Positions 26,341 through 35,955 are shown, counted from the stretch's first letter. The stretch: DNA of 64,000 nucleotides from Vicinamibacteria bacterium (GCA_036556965.1 DATBIO010000272.1:2355-66354), one strand, 5' to 3'. Notes: generated by a model from the sequence alone, not told the origin. Made by a program: numbers and translations.

Positions 26341-27816
26341 CTAGCGCACCCGCGGCCAGCGCGAGCTGTGGCGCTGGAAGTGGGTGGCGCGGCCGTCGGC
26401 GCCCATCACGAACACGATCTCCTCGGCCAGGCTGTCGTCCTTGCGCACGCGGCGGAAGGTGTGCTCGCCGGTCCGGCGGAGCCGCGTCATCTCCTTCACC
26501 GGCTCCATGGAGGGCAGGTCGATGACGGCGAGCCCGTCCTCCCAGGGCAGGACCGCGATCTCGCCGCCCCAGGGCGCCACGCTGTAGGCGCCGACGTAGG
26601 GGCGCAGGGCGGGGTCCGGCGCCTTTCCCTTGCCGGGCTCCTTCACCGCCGCCTTCACCGCGGGGGCCACGATGTCGTAGAGGCGCTGGGCCCAGGCGGC
26701 GGCGGCCACGCCCTGCGCGTTGGCCATGAACACGGTGGCGATGCGGTCCTCGGGACGCATGAGGAGCTGCGTCCGATACCCCGGACAGCTGCCGCCATGG
26801 CCCACGAACACCTTGTCGTCCCGGCGCGCCACCCAGAAGCCGAGGCCCCACGTCGTCTCGAAGTCCGGCTCCACCCAGTGGATCCGGTGCATCTCGCGCA
26901 GGGTGGTCGCCTTCAGCACCTCGGTCCCGCCCCGCGCCAGGAGGCGGAACTGCCAGGAGGCGAAGCGCGCGAGGTCGAGAGGGGTGGAGGCGAAGCCCGC
27001 CGCGGGCCCGATGGCGCCCGCGGTGAAGAAGGCGAGGGGGGCGCGCCGTCCCTCGCGGTCGGGGGCGGCGTAGCCCACGGCCAGCCGCTTTCCGCGCTCG
27101 CCCGCCGGCATCTGCGTGGTGGTGCTGTCCATGGCCAGCGGGTCGAGGATGGCGCGCTTCACGTACGCGTCGTAGGGGACGCCCGCCGCCGCCGCCGCCA
27201 CTTCGCCGGCCAGGGCGATGCCGAGGTTGGAGTACTGGTAGTGCGTGGCGGGCGCGTAGAGGGCCTCCTGCTTCCGGACCGTCTCCATGAGCTGGGCGCG
27301 GGTGGGGAAGGGCCACGTCGGGTCGGACCAGTAGGGGTAGTCCGACTCCCGCGGCAGCCCGGAGGCATGGGTGAGGAGGCCCTCGACGGTGACGTCGCCC
27401 TCGCCCTCGGTGCGCTTCAGCCCGAACCACGGCAGGTGGCGGCCGACGGGGTCGTCGAGGCGGAGCCGGCCCGCGTCGCGCTGCTGCATCACCGCCACGC
27501 TGGTGAAGAGCTTGGAGATGGAGCAGATGCTGTAGATGGTGTCCGCGGTGGCCTCCCGCTTCGCCTCGCGGTCGGCGTAGCCGAAGCCGCCGCTCCAGAG
27601 CACTTCCTGGTCGTGCACGATGGCGGCGGAGACGCCAGGGATGCCCTCGTAGGCCCGCTGGCCCTCGAGCCAGGTGCGCGCCAGCTCGAGAGCGGTCTGG
27701 ACGCGCGGGTCGTCGCGGACGGCGGCGGGCGGGGGGGCATCGGCGGCGGGCGGGGGGGCATCGGCGGCCGCGGCGGGGGCGGCGGCCAGGGTGAGTCCGA
27801 GCAGGAGCGCGCGCAC
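26341..27816 (-). CDS. Beta-lactamase-fold serine hydrolase (class C beta-lactamase / PBP-related)
   Basis: GTG 27816 with GGAGGA RBS overlapping the upstream gene stop. Signal peptide. SxxK motif SICSISK, YxN YSN, HGG motif GHGGS. The 984-aa six-frame ORF is a false N-terminal extension into the S9 gene region. Confidence 0.8.
   Translation of the reverse strand: MRALLLGLTLAAAPAAAADAPPPAADAPPPAAVRDDPRVQTALELARTWLEGQRAYEGIPGVSAAIVHDQEVLWSGGFGYADREAKREATADTIYSICSISKLFTSVAVMQQRDAGRLRLDDPVGRHLPWFGLKRTEGEGDVTVEGLLTHASGLPRESDYPYWSDPTWPFPTRAQLMETVRKQEALYAPATHYQYSNLGIALAGEVAAAAAGVPYDAYVKRAILDPLAMDSTTTQMPAGERGKRLAVGYAAPDREGRRAPLAFFTAGAIGPAAGFASTPLDLARFASWQFRLLARGGTEVLKATTLREMHRIHWVEPDFETTWGLGFWVARRDDKVFVGHGGSCPGYRTQLLMRPEDRIATVFMANAQGVAAAAWAQRLYDIVAPAVKAAVKEPGKGKAPDPALRPYVGAYSVAPWGGEIAVLPWEDGLAVIDLPSMEPVKEMTRLRRTGEHTFRRVRKDDSLAEEIVFVMGADGRATHFQRHSSRWPRVR
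27720..27761. repeat. Perfect 21-bp tandem duplication (CGGCGGCGGGCGGGGGGGCAT x2, plus a partial third copy) inside the beta-lactamase-fold gene
   Basis: Seen directly; encodes the repeated peptide ADAPPPA-ADAPPPA just after the signal peptide. Confidence 0.7.
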
Positions 27817-27824
27817 GTTTCCTC

Positions 27825-29843
27825 CTAGGAGAGCCAGCGGGCGAGCCACCCCAGCACTTCCCCGTACCAGTGGCGGGAGTTCTGGGGCTTCAGGATCCAG
27901 TGGTTCTCGTCCGGGTAGTAGACGAGGCGTGCGGGCACGCCCTTGGCCTTGAGCACCCCGTAGAGCTCCAGGCCCTGGGTCACGGGCACGCGGTAGTCGC
28001 GCTCGCCGTGCAGGACCAGCATGGGCGTCCGGAAGCCGGCCGCGTAGCGGTTGGGGCTCCACCTCTCCACGTTGGCGAGGTTGGTGAAGGGGTAGCCGCC
28101 GTAGGAATGCTGGCGGCCGAAGCTGGTGTCGGAGGCGGACTGCCCGAGCAGGCTGTACACGCCGGCGTGGCTGACCAGCGCCTTGAAGCGGTCGGTATGG
28201 CCGGCGATCCAGTTCACGAGGAAGCCGCCGTAGGAGCCGCCGGCGGCGGCCATGCGCGCGGGGTCCACCGAGCCCTCCGCGATCAAGGCGTCCGTGGCCT
28301 TCATCACGTCCTCGAAGGGCTTGTCGGGGTGGGCGCCCAGGATGCTCTCCACCCAGGCCTGACCGAAGCTGGAGGAGCCGTGGAAGTTGACCATGGGCAC
28401 CACGTAGCCGGGGGCGGCGAAGACCAGGGGGTTCCAGCGGAAGTGGAAGGTGTCGCCGAACGTGCCCACCGGCCCGCCGTGGACCAGGTGGACGAGCGGG
28501 TACTTCGTGCCCTTGCGGAAGCCGGGCGGGTAGGCCACGAACATCTGCACCTCGTCCCCGCCCGCGCCGCGGAAGGTCTTCTCCTCCACGGGGCCGATGG
28601 CCAGCCCCGCCATCAGCGCGTCGTTCACGCGCGTGAGCGCGCGCGGGGAGGTGCCGTCGAGCTTCACCGCCCACAGCTCGGGCGGGTGGGTGAGGTCCTG
28701 GCGCTGGAACACCACCTCGCCCTGGGGTGTGACCTCCGCGCCGGCCACCGTGCCCCCGCGGTGGACGAGGCGCAGCGGCCCACCGGAGGCGGGCACGGCG
28801 TAGACGTTCGTGCGCCCGCGGACCTCGGCCAGGACCACCAGGGACCTGCCGTCGGCCGTCCACGCCCAGTGGCCGGCGGACGCGTCGAGGGCCGGGGCCT
28901 CGGTCAGGGTGGTGGTGGCGCCCGTGGCCAGCTCCATCACCGCCAGCCGCGTGTAGTCGGGCCAGCCCTCGGCCTTGCGCTGGAGACCGTAGGCGATGTG
29001 CCCGCCGTCGGGGCTGAACCGGGGATCCTCGTCGTCGGCGGGGTTGCCCGCGGTCAGGTTCCGCGCCTCGCCCCCCGTCGCCGGCACCAGGAAGAGGTCG
29101 GAGTTGAGGGCGGGGTAGGGCTCGGCCGTGCTGTTGGCGGCGAAGACGATCGCGCTCCCGTCCGGGGCGATGCTGAAGGAGCCCGCGCCGCCCTGCAGCC
29201 CGAAGTAGCGCCGGGAGCCGGGGAGCAGGTCGGTGACCTTGCGCGAGGACACGTCCACCACGAAGAGGTGCGGGTACTCGCCCGCGCCGAGCCACCGGTC
29301 CCAGAAGCGGAAGAGCCGATTCTCCGTGGCCACCGCCTTGACCTTGTTCTTCTCCCGCGCCTCCAGCTCCTTCTTCGTGGCCTCGATGGTCTCGGCGCCG
29401 GCGATGACGTGGGAGACGAAGGCGATGCGCGCGCCGTCGGGGAACCAGGCGGGGTCCGACACGTCACGCGGCATCTCGGTGACGCGCTCGGCCTCGCCCC
29501 CGTCCACGGCCAGGACGTACAGCTGGGCCGCGGGGTCGCCGTCACGCTTGGAGACGAAGGCCAGGCGGCGCCCGTCGGGGCTCCAGGCGGGCGAGCCGTC
29601 GGAGGCCTTGTTGAAGGTCAGGCGGCGGGCGGGCCCCCCGGCCGTGGGCACCAGCCACAGGTCCGCGTTGCCGCGGTTCTCCTCCATGTCGTACGTGGTC
29701 ACGCCGTAGGCCGCCCACCGGCCGTCGGGAGAGACGGCGGGGGTGCCCACGCGCTGGATCTGCCAGAGCACGTCGGCGGTGAGCGGCTTGCCCTCGGCGG
29801 GCGCCGCGGCTTGCGCGAGCACGAGCAGGGCGGCAGCGATCAT
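27825..29843 (-). CDS. S9-family serine peptidase (prolyl oligopeptidase / acylaminoacyl peptidase type; N-terminal beta-propeller + C-terminal alpha/beta hydrolase)
   Basis: Signal peptide MIAAALLVLAQAAAPAEG. Repeated WSPDG/FSPDG propeller blades. Nucleophile elbow GGSYGG and catalytic His near the C-terminus. Confidence 0.85.
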   Translation of the reverse strand: MIAAALLVLAQAAAPAEGKPLTADVLWQIQRVGTPAVSPDGRWAAYGVTTYDMEENRGNADLWLVPTAGGPARRLTFNKASDGSPAWSPDGRRLAFVSKRDGDPAAQLYVLAVDGGEAERVTEMPRDVSDPAWFPDGARIAFVSHVIAGAETIEATKKELEAREKNKVKAVATENRLFRFWDRWLGAGEYPHLFVVDVSSRKVTDLLPGSRRYFGLQGGAGSFSIAPDGSAIVFAANSTAEPYPALNSDLFLVPATGGEARNLTAGNPADDEDPRFSPDGGHIAYGLQRKAEGWPDYTRLAVMELATGATTTLTEAPALDASAGHWAWTADGRSLVVLAEVRGRTNVYAVPASGGPLRLVHRGGTVAGAEVTPQGEVVFQRQDLTHPPELWAVKLDGTSPRALTRVNDALMAGLAIGPVEEKTFRGAGGDEVQMFVAYPPGFRKGTKYPLVHLVHGGPVGTFGDTFHFRWNPLVFAAPGYVVPMVNFHGSSSFGQAWVESILGAHPDKPFEDVMKATDALIAEGSVDPARMAAAGGSYGGFLVNWIAGHTDRFKALVSHAGVYSLLGQSASDTSFGRQHSYGGYPFTNLANVERWSPNRYAAGFRTPMLVLHGERDYRVPVTQGLELYGVLKAKGVPARLVYYPDENHWILKPQNSRHWYGEVLGWLARWLS

Positions 29844-29888
29844 CGGGCCTCCTCCCGGCGGGGGTCCTGGCCGTTCACGCCGCGGCGA

Positions 29889-30377
29889 TCAGGGGCGGGG
29901 GGCCCCGGCGGCGGCGATGCACTCGATCTCCACGCGCGCGCCGAGGACGAGGCCCCCGACGCCCAGGGCGCTGCGCGCCGGCTTGTTGCGCGGGAAGTAC
30001 TCGCGGTAGACGCGGTTCATGGCCTCCCACTCCGCGACGTCCGCCAGCATGACCGTGCACTTCACCACGCGCTCCAGCGAGGACCCGTTCTCCTCGAGCA
30101 CGCGCTTGATGTTCTCGAGCGTCTGCCGCGTCTCGCCCTCGATGCCCCCCGGCGCCAGCTCCCGGCGGCCGGGCAGCACGCCCAGCGCCCCGGAGAGGAA
30201 GAGGAGATCGCCCACGCGGACGGCCTCGGAGTACGGCGGGTTGGCGGCCGCCCGCGCGGGGGACGTGAGGTAGGCCACCTCCGGCGGGGCGCGGCGCGAG
30301 GCACAGGCGACGGTGGCCATGAGCGCGGCCAGGGCCGCGAGCCGCCTGGGAGTCCCCCCGAGCACGGCCCCAAGCAT
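29889..30377 (-). CDS. RidA/YjgF (reactive-intermediate deaminase) family protein with N-terminal signal extension
   Basis: C-terminal RidA core (PPYSEAVRVGDLLFLSGALG ... VKCTVMLAD..EWEAMNRVY). ~45-aa hydrophobic N-terminal extension. Start ATG 30377 (alternative ATG 30401). Confidence 0.7.
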   Translation of the reverse strand: MLGAVLGGTPRRLAALAALMATVACASRRAPPEVAYLTSPARAAANPPYSEAVRVGDLLFLSGALGVLPGRRELAPGGIEGETRQTLENIKRVLEENGSSLERVVKCTVMLADVAEWEAMNRVYREYFPRNKPARSALGVGGLVLGARVEIECIAAAGAPRP

Positions 30378-30417
30378 ATCGAAGGCGGGGCGGTGGGGCA
30401 CGGGCGCCGCGACGTCC

Positions 30418-31296
30418 TCAGCGCCGGCGCCGCCACCGCGCGAGGACGCGCCGGAAGTCGTCGGGGAGCGGGCTCTCCACGCGCACGACGCCCTCGCCCC
30501 CCGGCGGGCGGAAGCCGAGGACGGCCGCGTGCAGCATCTGGCGCGGGGCGGCCGGGCCCTTCTCCGGACCGTAGACCGCGTCGCCGACCACGGGCAGCCC
30601 CACGTGCGCGAGGTGCACGCGGATCTGGTGCTGGCGCCCGGTGGCGAGCTGGACCTCGAGCAGGGCGCCCTCCGCGAACCGCTCGCGCACGCGCCAGCGC
30701 GTGAGGGCGGCGTGGGCGCCCTCGCCCGCGCGGGCCACCCGGCGGCGGCCGGCCACGTAGGCGTCGGCCAGGGGCAGGTCCACCTCGCCCTGCTCCGCGC
30801 GTGGACGGCCGGAGACGAGGGCCAGGTAGCGGCGCTCGACGCGGTGCGCGCGGAAGAGGGACTGCAGGTGGGCGCGCGCCTCCCGGCTCAGGGCCAGGGC
30901 CAGGGCGCCCGAGGTGTCACGGTCCAGGCGGTGGACGGGATGGACGTAGGCGCGCCGCGGCCGCAGCCGCCGCACGTACTCCTGCACCCGCCGCAGGACG
31001 GTGTCCTCGTCGCGGGCCTCCGGCGAGGAGGCCACGCTGAGCAGGCCCGCCGGCTTGTCCACCACCAGGACGTGGCCGTCCTCGTACAGCACGGGAAGGG
31101 AGAGCCGCGCGCGCGGCAGGGCGCGGCGGTTGGGGTCCCAGGCCACGGCCGCGGAGGCGGCCACGGAGAGCCCGGGCTCCCGGGCCAGGCGGCCGTCCAC
31201 CGTCACCTGGCCCTTCTCGATGACCTCGCGCGCCTTGCGCCGCGAGAGCCCGGGATGGCGGCGCACGAGGAGGACGTCGAGGCGCGTGGCGCTCAC
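30418..31296 (-). CDS. RluA-family pseudouridine synthase
   Basis: GTG 31296 overlapping the upstream TGA. S4-like N-terminus then catalytic HRLDRDTSG motif. The 597-aa six-frame ORF is over-extended. Confidence 0.8.
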   Translation of the reverse strand: MSATRLDVLLVRRHPGLSRRKAREVIEKGQVTVDGRLAREPGLSVAASAAVAWDPNRRALPRARLSLPVLYEDGHVLVVDKPAGLLSVASSPEARDEDTVLRRVQEYVRRLRPRRAYVHPVHRLDRDTSGALALALSREARAHLQSLFRAHRVERRYLALVSGRPRAEQGEVDLPLADAYVAGRRRVARAGEGAHAALTRWRVRERFAEGALLEVQLATGRQHQIRVHLAHVGLPVVGDAVYGPEKGPAAPRQMLHAAVLGFRPPGGEGVVRVESPLPDDFRRVLARWRRRR

Positions 31297-32174
31297 TCGC
31301 GGAGGCCGCGCGCGTCGTCCCACGCCGCCGGGTCCTGGCCGAAGTACTCGGCCAGCACGGCGTACACCTCGGCATGGTGGCGCCGCAGGGGCTGGGGGAC
31401 CTCGAAGAACGCCTCCACCGCCACCGGCCAGAACTCCACGGGATCGTCCGCGCCGTAGTCGTCGATGACCGACCGGCCGCGCTCGAGCCGCTTCATCTCG
31501 CGGGCGGCCAGGGCGACCCATTCCTCCGCGCGCGCCGCCGTCATCCCCGCGGGTATCCCGTCGAAGTGGGTGGCCTCCACGTCCAGGAGGTGGGCGAACT
31601 CGTGATAGCCGACGTGGTAGGCGTCGTCGGAGGTCTCGAAGCTCTCCTCGAGGGCGGGCAGCGACAGGATGAGGGTGCCCCAGCCATGCGCCTGGCCGGC
31701 CAGCTCCGCGTTCTCGAACGAGTAGTCCCGGTCGAAGTCCTGGGGGTAGAGCAGGACCTCCGTCACCTGCGTCCAGCGGAAGGCGGGCCAGGCCAGGCTC
31801 AGGCTGGCCGCGGAGGCGGCCACCAGCAGGCGATGCTCGTCGGTGACCTCGACCTCGACGCCGGTCACGGGCGTGTCGGCCAGGAACGACCGCACGGCCT
31901 GCTCGAAGAGGGCGCGCTCGCGCGCGGGCAGGCGCTCGTAGTGGTCGGACGCCTCCAGCAGGAACCGGCGCCAGCGCTCGGGGAAGGGGGCGGCGAGCAG
32001 GGCCTCGCGGCGCCGCTCGCGGCGCCGGGCGTGGGCCGCCGCTCCCCCCGCGGCCGCCCCCGCGGCCAGGCTTCCCGCCCACGCTCCCGGCGTCCCGAAG
32101 AGGAGGGCGCCCACCGCGGCCCCGGCGAGAGCGCCGAGGGCGGTCGTGCCCGCCAGCCGTGCGGCCTCGCTCAC
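31293..32174 (-). CDS. MtfA-like (peptidase M90) zinc-dependent peptidase
   Basis: GTG 32174 overlapping the upstream stop (GTGA). HEFAH zinc motif (YHVGYHEFAHLLD). N-terminal TM/hydrophobic segment. Confidence 0.7.
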   Translation of the reverse strand: MSEAARLAGTTALGALAGAAVGALLFGTPGAWAGSLAAGAAAGGAAAHARRRERRREALLAAPFPERWRRFLLEASDHYERLPARERALFEQAVRSFLADTPVTGVEVEVTDEHRLLVAASAASLSLAWPAFRWTQVTEVLLYPQDFDRDYSFENAELAGQAHGWGTLILSLPALEESFETSDDAYHVGYHEFAHLLDVEATHFDGIPAGMTAARAEEWVALAAREMKRLERGRSVIDDYGADDPVEFWPVAVEAFFEVPQPLRRHHAEVYAVLAEYFGQDPAAWDDARGLRE

Positions 32175-33127
32175 GCGTGCCGGGCGAGGAGCCGCCGCAG
32201 CACCGCGGCATCCACGTTGCCGCCCGTCACCACCACCGCCGTGGGACCGTCCGCGCGCACGCGCCCCATCGCCACCGCGGCGGCGGCGACGGCGCCCGCG
32301 CCCTCGGCCACCACCTGGTCGTGGGCGAGCAGGGCCACCATCGCACGCTCGAGCTCGTCCTCCGGCACCACCTCCATCGCGTCGAACAGGTGGCGGTGCC
32401 GGAAGGCGATCTCGCCGATGCCGCCGGCCAGGCCGTCGGCCAGGGTGGGCGCGGCCGCGTACTCGGTGAGGGCGCGGCCCTGCCGGACCGACTCGCGCAG
32501 CGCGGGCGAGGCCTCCGGCTGCACGGCCACCACCCGCACGCGGGGGGCGCGCGCCTTGAGCACGGCGGCCATGCCGCTGATGAGGCCGCCCCCGCCGACC
32601 GGTACCACGACGGCGGCCAGGTCCGGCCGGGCCTCCAGCAGCTCCAGGGCCACCGTGCCCTGGCCGGCGGCGACGCGGTCGTCCTCGAAGGCGTGGGCCA
32701 TGACCGCGCCCGTCTCCTCCGCGAACCGCTCCGCGGCGGCGTGCGCGTCGTCGTAGGTCTCGCCCCCCTCGTGCACGGTCACGGGGAACGCGCGCAGCTT
32801 GTCGACCTTCGCCCGCGGCGCGCTGCGCGGCACGAAGAGCGTCGCCCGCACGCCGCCCACGGTGGCGGCGGCGAAGGCGACGCCCAGGGCGTGGTTCCCC
32901 GCGGAGGCGGCCACCACCCCGCGGCGGCGCTGCGCCTCGGGCAGCGTGGCCAGCAGGTGCGTGGCCCCGCGTACCTTGAACGAGCCCGTGGGCTGCCAGC
33001 ACTCGAGCTTCAGCAGGACCTCGCCCGCGCCGCGCAGGGCGAAGGACGGGCGCAGCGGCGTGGGGGGAAGGTGCGGCGCCACCACCGCGCGGGCGGCCTC
33101 CACCGCCTCCACGGAGAGCACGCTCAT
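32171..33127 (-). CDS. PLP-dependent threonine/serine dehydratase (threonine ammonia-lyase / serine racemase family, fold type II)
   Basis: ATG 33127 overlapping the upstream stop (ATGA). PLP-lysine motif SFKVRGA. Glycine-rich loop VPVGGGGLISG. 318 aa. Confidence 0.85.
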   Translation of the reverse strand: MSVLSVEAVEAARAVVAPHLPPTPLRPSFALRGAGEVLLKLECWQPTGSFKVRGATHLLATLPEAQRRRGVVAASAGNHALGVAFAAATVGGVRATLFVPRSAPRAKVDKLRAFPVTVHEGGETYDDAHAAAERFAEETGAVMAHAFEDDRVAAGQGTVALELLEARPDLAAVVVPVGGGGLISGMAAVLKARAPRVRVVAVQPEASPALRESVRQGRALTEYAAAPTLADGLAGGIGEIAFRHRHLFDAMEVVPEDELERAMVALLAHDQVVAEGAGAVAAAAVAMGRVRADGPTAVVVTGGNVDAAVLRRLLARHA

Positions 33128-35955
33128 GGGCGCACGGGGCCGGCGGCCAGGAGGTCCAGCCGCGGCTCCCCGCAGCGGGCGGCGATGGCGGAGGCCGTGC
33201 GGTCGCGCAGGTCCACCAGCGCGTGCCAACCCTCGCCCTCCGGCCTCAGGGGGGGGCCGATCCAGAGGTGGATGTGGCCCCGGCGGGGGCGCCACCCGCC
33301 GCCGCGCAGCACGTGCCGCGTGCCCTGGAGGGCGAGGGGGAGGATGGCCACCTCCGCCGCCGCCGCGCTCTTGAAGGCGCCCAGGCGGAAGGGGCGCAGC
33401 CCCGTGGCCGGGGTGAAGGTGCCCTCGGGGAAGAAGAGCACGTTGCGCCCGGCGTGGAGCGCCTCGTCGATGGTGCGCGCGTCGTTGAGGCTCTGCTCCG
33501 TGTCCCAGCGGTCCACCGTCAGCTGCCGGGTGCGGCGCACGAAGGAGCCGACGAACGGCCAGCGCCGGACCTCGGCCTTGGCCACGAACGCGAAGTCGAG
33601 GGGAAGGAGCGCCATCAACGCGGGGACGTCGGCGTAGGAGGCGTGGTTCGAGCACAGCACCAGCGGTCCGGGCACGGCGAGGCGCTCGAGCCCCTCCACG
33701 GTCAGCCGCTGGCCCAGGAGCCGGAAGAACAGGCGCGCGCAGAAGCGTCCCGTGCGCGGGGCCCACGTGCGGGGCAGGACCACGGCCAGGACCCAGGCCA
33801 GCAGGCCCACCGCGGCCACGGCCGCGGCGGCGGCCCCCGCGTAGAGCAGGCCCGGCACGGCGCGCAGCCGCCGCCGCGCCTCGTTCACGGCCACGGCCGC
33901 GAAGAGCCGGGAGCGGGCGCCCGGGGAGAGGCCGCGCTCGGCGCCGAGCGCTCCGCGCAGGTAGAGGTCGCGCGTGGCCGCCCGCCGGACCTTGCCGCTC
34001 GGCGTCTTGGCCACCACGCCCGGCGCCACCAGCCGCACGTCGTCGGGGGGCACGCCGGTCACGCCGCCGACCCGCTCCACCACGGCCGCGGCCAGGCGCT
34101 CGCGCGCGGGCCCGTCCGTCTCGCGCGTCTCCGCCACCACCACCAGGGCCTCCGTGCCCAGCGCGGCCTGGGCCACGCCGAAGGCGGCCACGCAGCCCTT
34201 GCGGATGCCCTCCACGGAGGCCGCCGCCTCCTCGACCTCCTGCGGGACCAGGTTGCGTCCGCCCTTGATGATGAGGTCCTTGCGCCGGCCGGCGACGTGC
34301 ACCTCGCCGTCGGCCACGAAGGCGAGGTCGCCGCTGTCCAGCCAGCCGTCGCCCACCGCGACCTCCGCCGTCGCTTCCGCGTTCCGGTAGTAGCCGGCCA
34401 TGCTCGAGGGACCCCGGAAGACGAGCCGTCCCACCCGGCCGGAAGGGAGCTCCGCGCCGTCGTCGTCCAGGATGCGGACCTCGTGGCCGGGCAGCGCCGT
34501 GCCCACGGAGACGAAGCGCAGCGGCTCCTTCTCGCCCGGGGCGGGGGCCTCGACGCGCCCGTCCCCCGAGAACGGCTCGCGCGCGGCCAGCGTCACGCGT
34601 GGCCCGCGTCCGGGGGGCGGGAAGCAGAGCCCGACCGCGCTCTCCGCCAGCCCGTACACGGGCATGAAGGCCTCGCGGCGGAAGCCGTAGGGCGCGAACC
34701 GCCGCGCGAAGCGGTCCATGGTGTCGGGGCTCACCGGCTCGGCGCCGTTCAGCGCGCAGCGCCACGAGGAGAGGTCCAGCCCCTCCAGGGCGCGGTCGGG
34801 GATGCGGCGCACGCAGAGCTCGTAGGCGAAGTTGGGGGCGGCGGACATGGTGGCCTGGCGCTCGTGGATGGCCCACAGCCAGCGCTCGGGCCGCGCCAGG
34901 AAGGCCAGCGGCGACTGGATGTCGATGGGGACGCCGTGGACGATGCAGAACAGCCAGGAGCCGATGAGGCCCATGTCGTGGTAGAGCGGCAGCCAGGTCT
35001 GACCGACGTCGGTGGGCGCGAGACGCAGCCCGGCGGCGATGGCGCGGATGTTGGCGAGCAGGTTGTCGTGCGTGAGGAGCACGCCCTTGGGCATGCCCGT
35101 GCTCCCCGACGTGTACTGGATGAAGGCGGGATCCGCGCCGGCGCCCTCCGGCGCCGGCCAAGGGCCCCCCTCGGCGGCCAGCTCGTCGGCGGTGGCCACC
35201 GCGCGCAGGGAGGGCACGCGCGGACGCAGCAGGCCCACGACGGGGCGCGCGCGCTCGACCGTCACCAGGAGGCGGGCCTCGGCGTTGGCCAGGATGCCGG
35301 CCTGGCGGAGGGCGTACTCCTCCAGGCGGTCGAGACGCACGGGCGGGTACAGGGGGACGGGGATGGCCCCCAGGAGCAGGATGCCCTGGAAGGTGCGCAG
35401 GAAGTCCAGGCCGGTGGGGAGGACGAGGGCCACGGTGTCGCCCCTGCCCACCCCGCGCGCGCGGAGGCCGGCCGCCACCGAGGAGGCCTCGGCGAAGAGG
35501 CCGCCGTAGCTCAGCGCGACCTCGCGCCCGTCGTCCTCGCGGAGCCAGGCGTGCAGGCGCTCGGGCTCGGCCTGCGCCCGCAGCCAGAGCGCGCCGTGGA
35601 CGGTGGCGGCCTCCGGCAGCGGCGCCGGCTCGCGCGGCACCGCGGCCCTTCCCGGCCGCGGCCTCGCGGCGGCCTCGCCGGACTCCGCCTCCAGGAGGGC
35701 CCGGGCCAGGCCCTCCGGCGTGTCGATCTGCAGGCAGCGGTCGTCGAGACGGCGGCCGAAGGCGGCCTCCAGCCGGAGCATCAGCTCCACGCGCTCCAGG
35801 CTGCCCAGGCCGACCTGCCGCTCGAGGGAGGCCTGGGGGGCCACCGCCCCCGCCGCGCGCGCGCCACCGAGCTCCCGCGCGAGGTCGCGCAGGACCTCCA
35901 GCACCGTGCCCAGCGCCGCCTCGTAACTGGAGGTGGCCGCCGTCGTTTCGGTCAC
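33124..35955 (-). CDS. Tri-domain acyl carrier protein / fatty-acyl-AMP ligase (AMP-binding) / 1-acyl-sn-glycerol-3-phosphate acyltransferase (PlsC-type) fusion
   Basis: GTG 35955 with TACAGT 6 nt upstream (leaderless-type). Phosphopantetheine attachment motif GLGSLERVELM. Adenylation motifs YTSGSTGMPKGV and GD..RRKDLIIKGGRN. Acyltransferase H(X)4D motif CSNHASYADV and FPEGT. 943 aa. Confidence 0.8.
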   Translation of the reverse strand: MTETTAATSSYEAALGTVLEVLRDLARELGGARAAGAVAPQASLERQVGLGSLERVELMLRLEAAFGRRLDDRCLQIDTPEGLARALLEAESGEAAARPRPGRAAVPREPAPLPEAATVHGALWLRAQAEPERLHAWLREDDGREVALSYGGLFAEASSVAAGLRARGVGRGDTVALVLPTGLDFLRTFQGILLLGAIPVPLYPPVRLDRLEEYALRQAGILANAEARLLVTVERARPVVGLLRPRVPSLRAVATADELAAEGGPWPAPEGAGADPAFIQYTSGSTGMPKGVLLTHDNLLANIRAIAAGLRLAPTDVGQTWLPLYHDMGLIGSWLFCIVHGVPIDIQSPLAFLARPERWLWAIHERQATMSAAPNFAYELCVRRIPDRALEGLDLSSWRCALNGAEPVSPDTMDRFARRFAPYGFRREAFMPVYGLAESAVGLCFPPPGRGPRVTLAAREPFSGDGRVEAPAPGEKEPLRFVSVGTALPGHEVRILDDDGAELPSGRVGRLVFRGPSSMAGYYRNAEATAEVAVGDGWLDSGDLAFVADGEVHVAGRRKDLIIKGGRNLVPQEVEEAAASVEGIRKGCVAAFGVAQAALGTEALVVVAETRETDGPARERLAAAVVERVGGVTGVPPDDVRLVAPGVVAKTPSGKVRRAATRDLYLRGALGAERGLSPGARSRLFAAVAVNEARRRLRAVPGLLYAGAAAAAVAAVGLLAWVLAVVLPRTWAPRTGRFCARLFFRLLGQRLTVEGLERLAVPGPLVLCSNHASYADVPALMALLPLDFAFVAKAEVRRWPFVGSFVRRTRQLTVDRWDTEQSLNDARTIDEALHAGRNVLFFPEGTFTPATGLRPFRLGAFKSAAAAEVAILPLALQGTRHVLRGGGWRPRRGHIHLWIGPPLRPEGEGWHALVDLRDRTASAIAARCGEPRLDLLAAGPVRP

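Noticed and set aside
27720-27761. Tandem repeat considered as possible CRISPR/VNTR array
   Set aside because: Only two copies, no spacers. It lies inside a coding region where it encodes a duplicated heptapeptide. Not a CRISPR array.
26341-29295. 984-aa minus-strand ORF treated as one gene
   Set aside because: Only the C-terminal 491 codons (26341-27816) encode the beta-lactamase-fold protein, with a GTG start, RBS and signal peptide. The upstream part is an out-of-frame read-through across the S9 peptidase gene.
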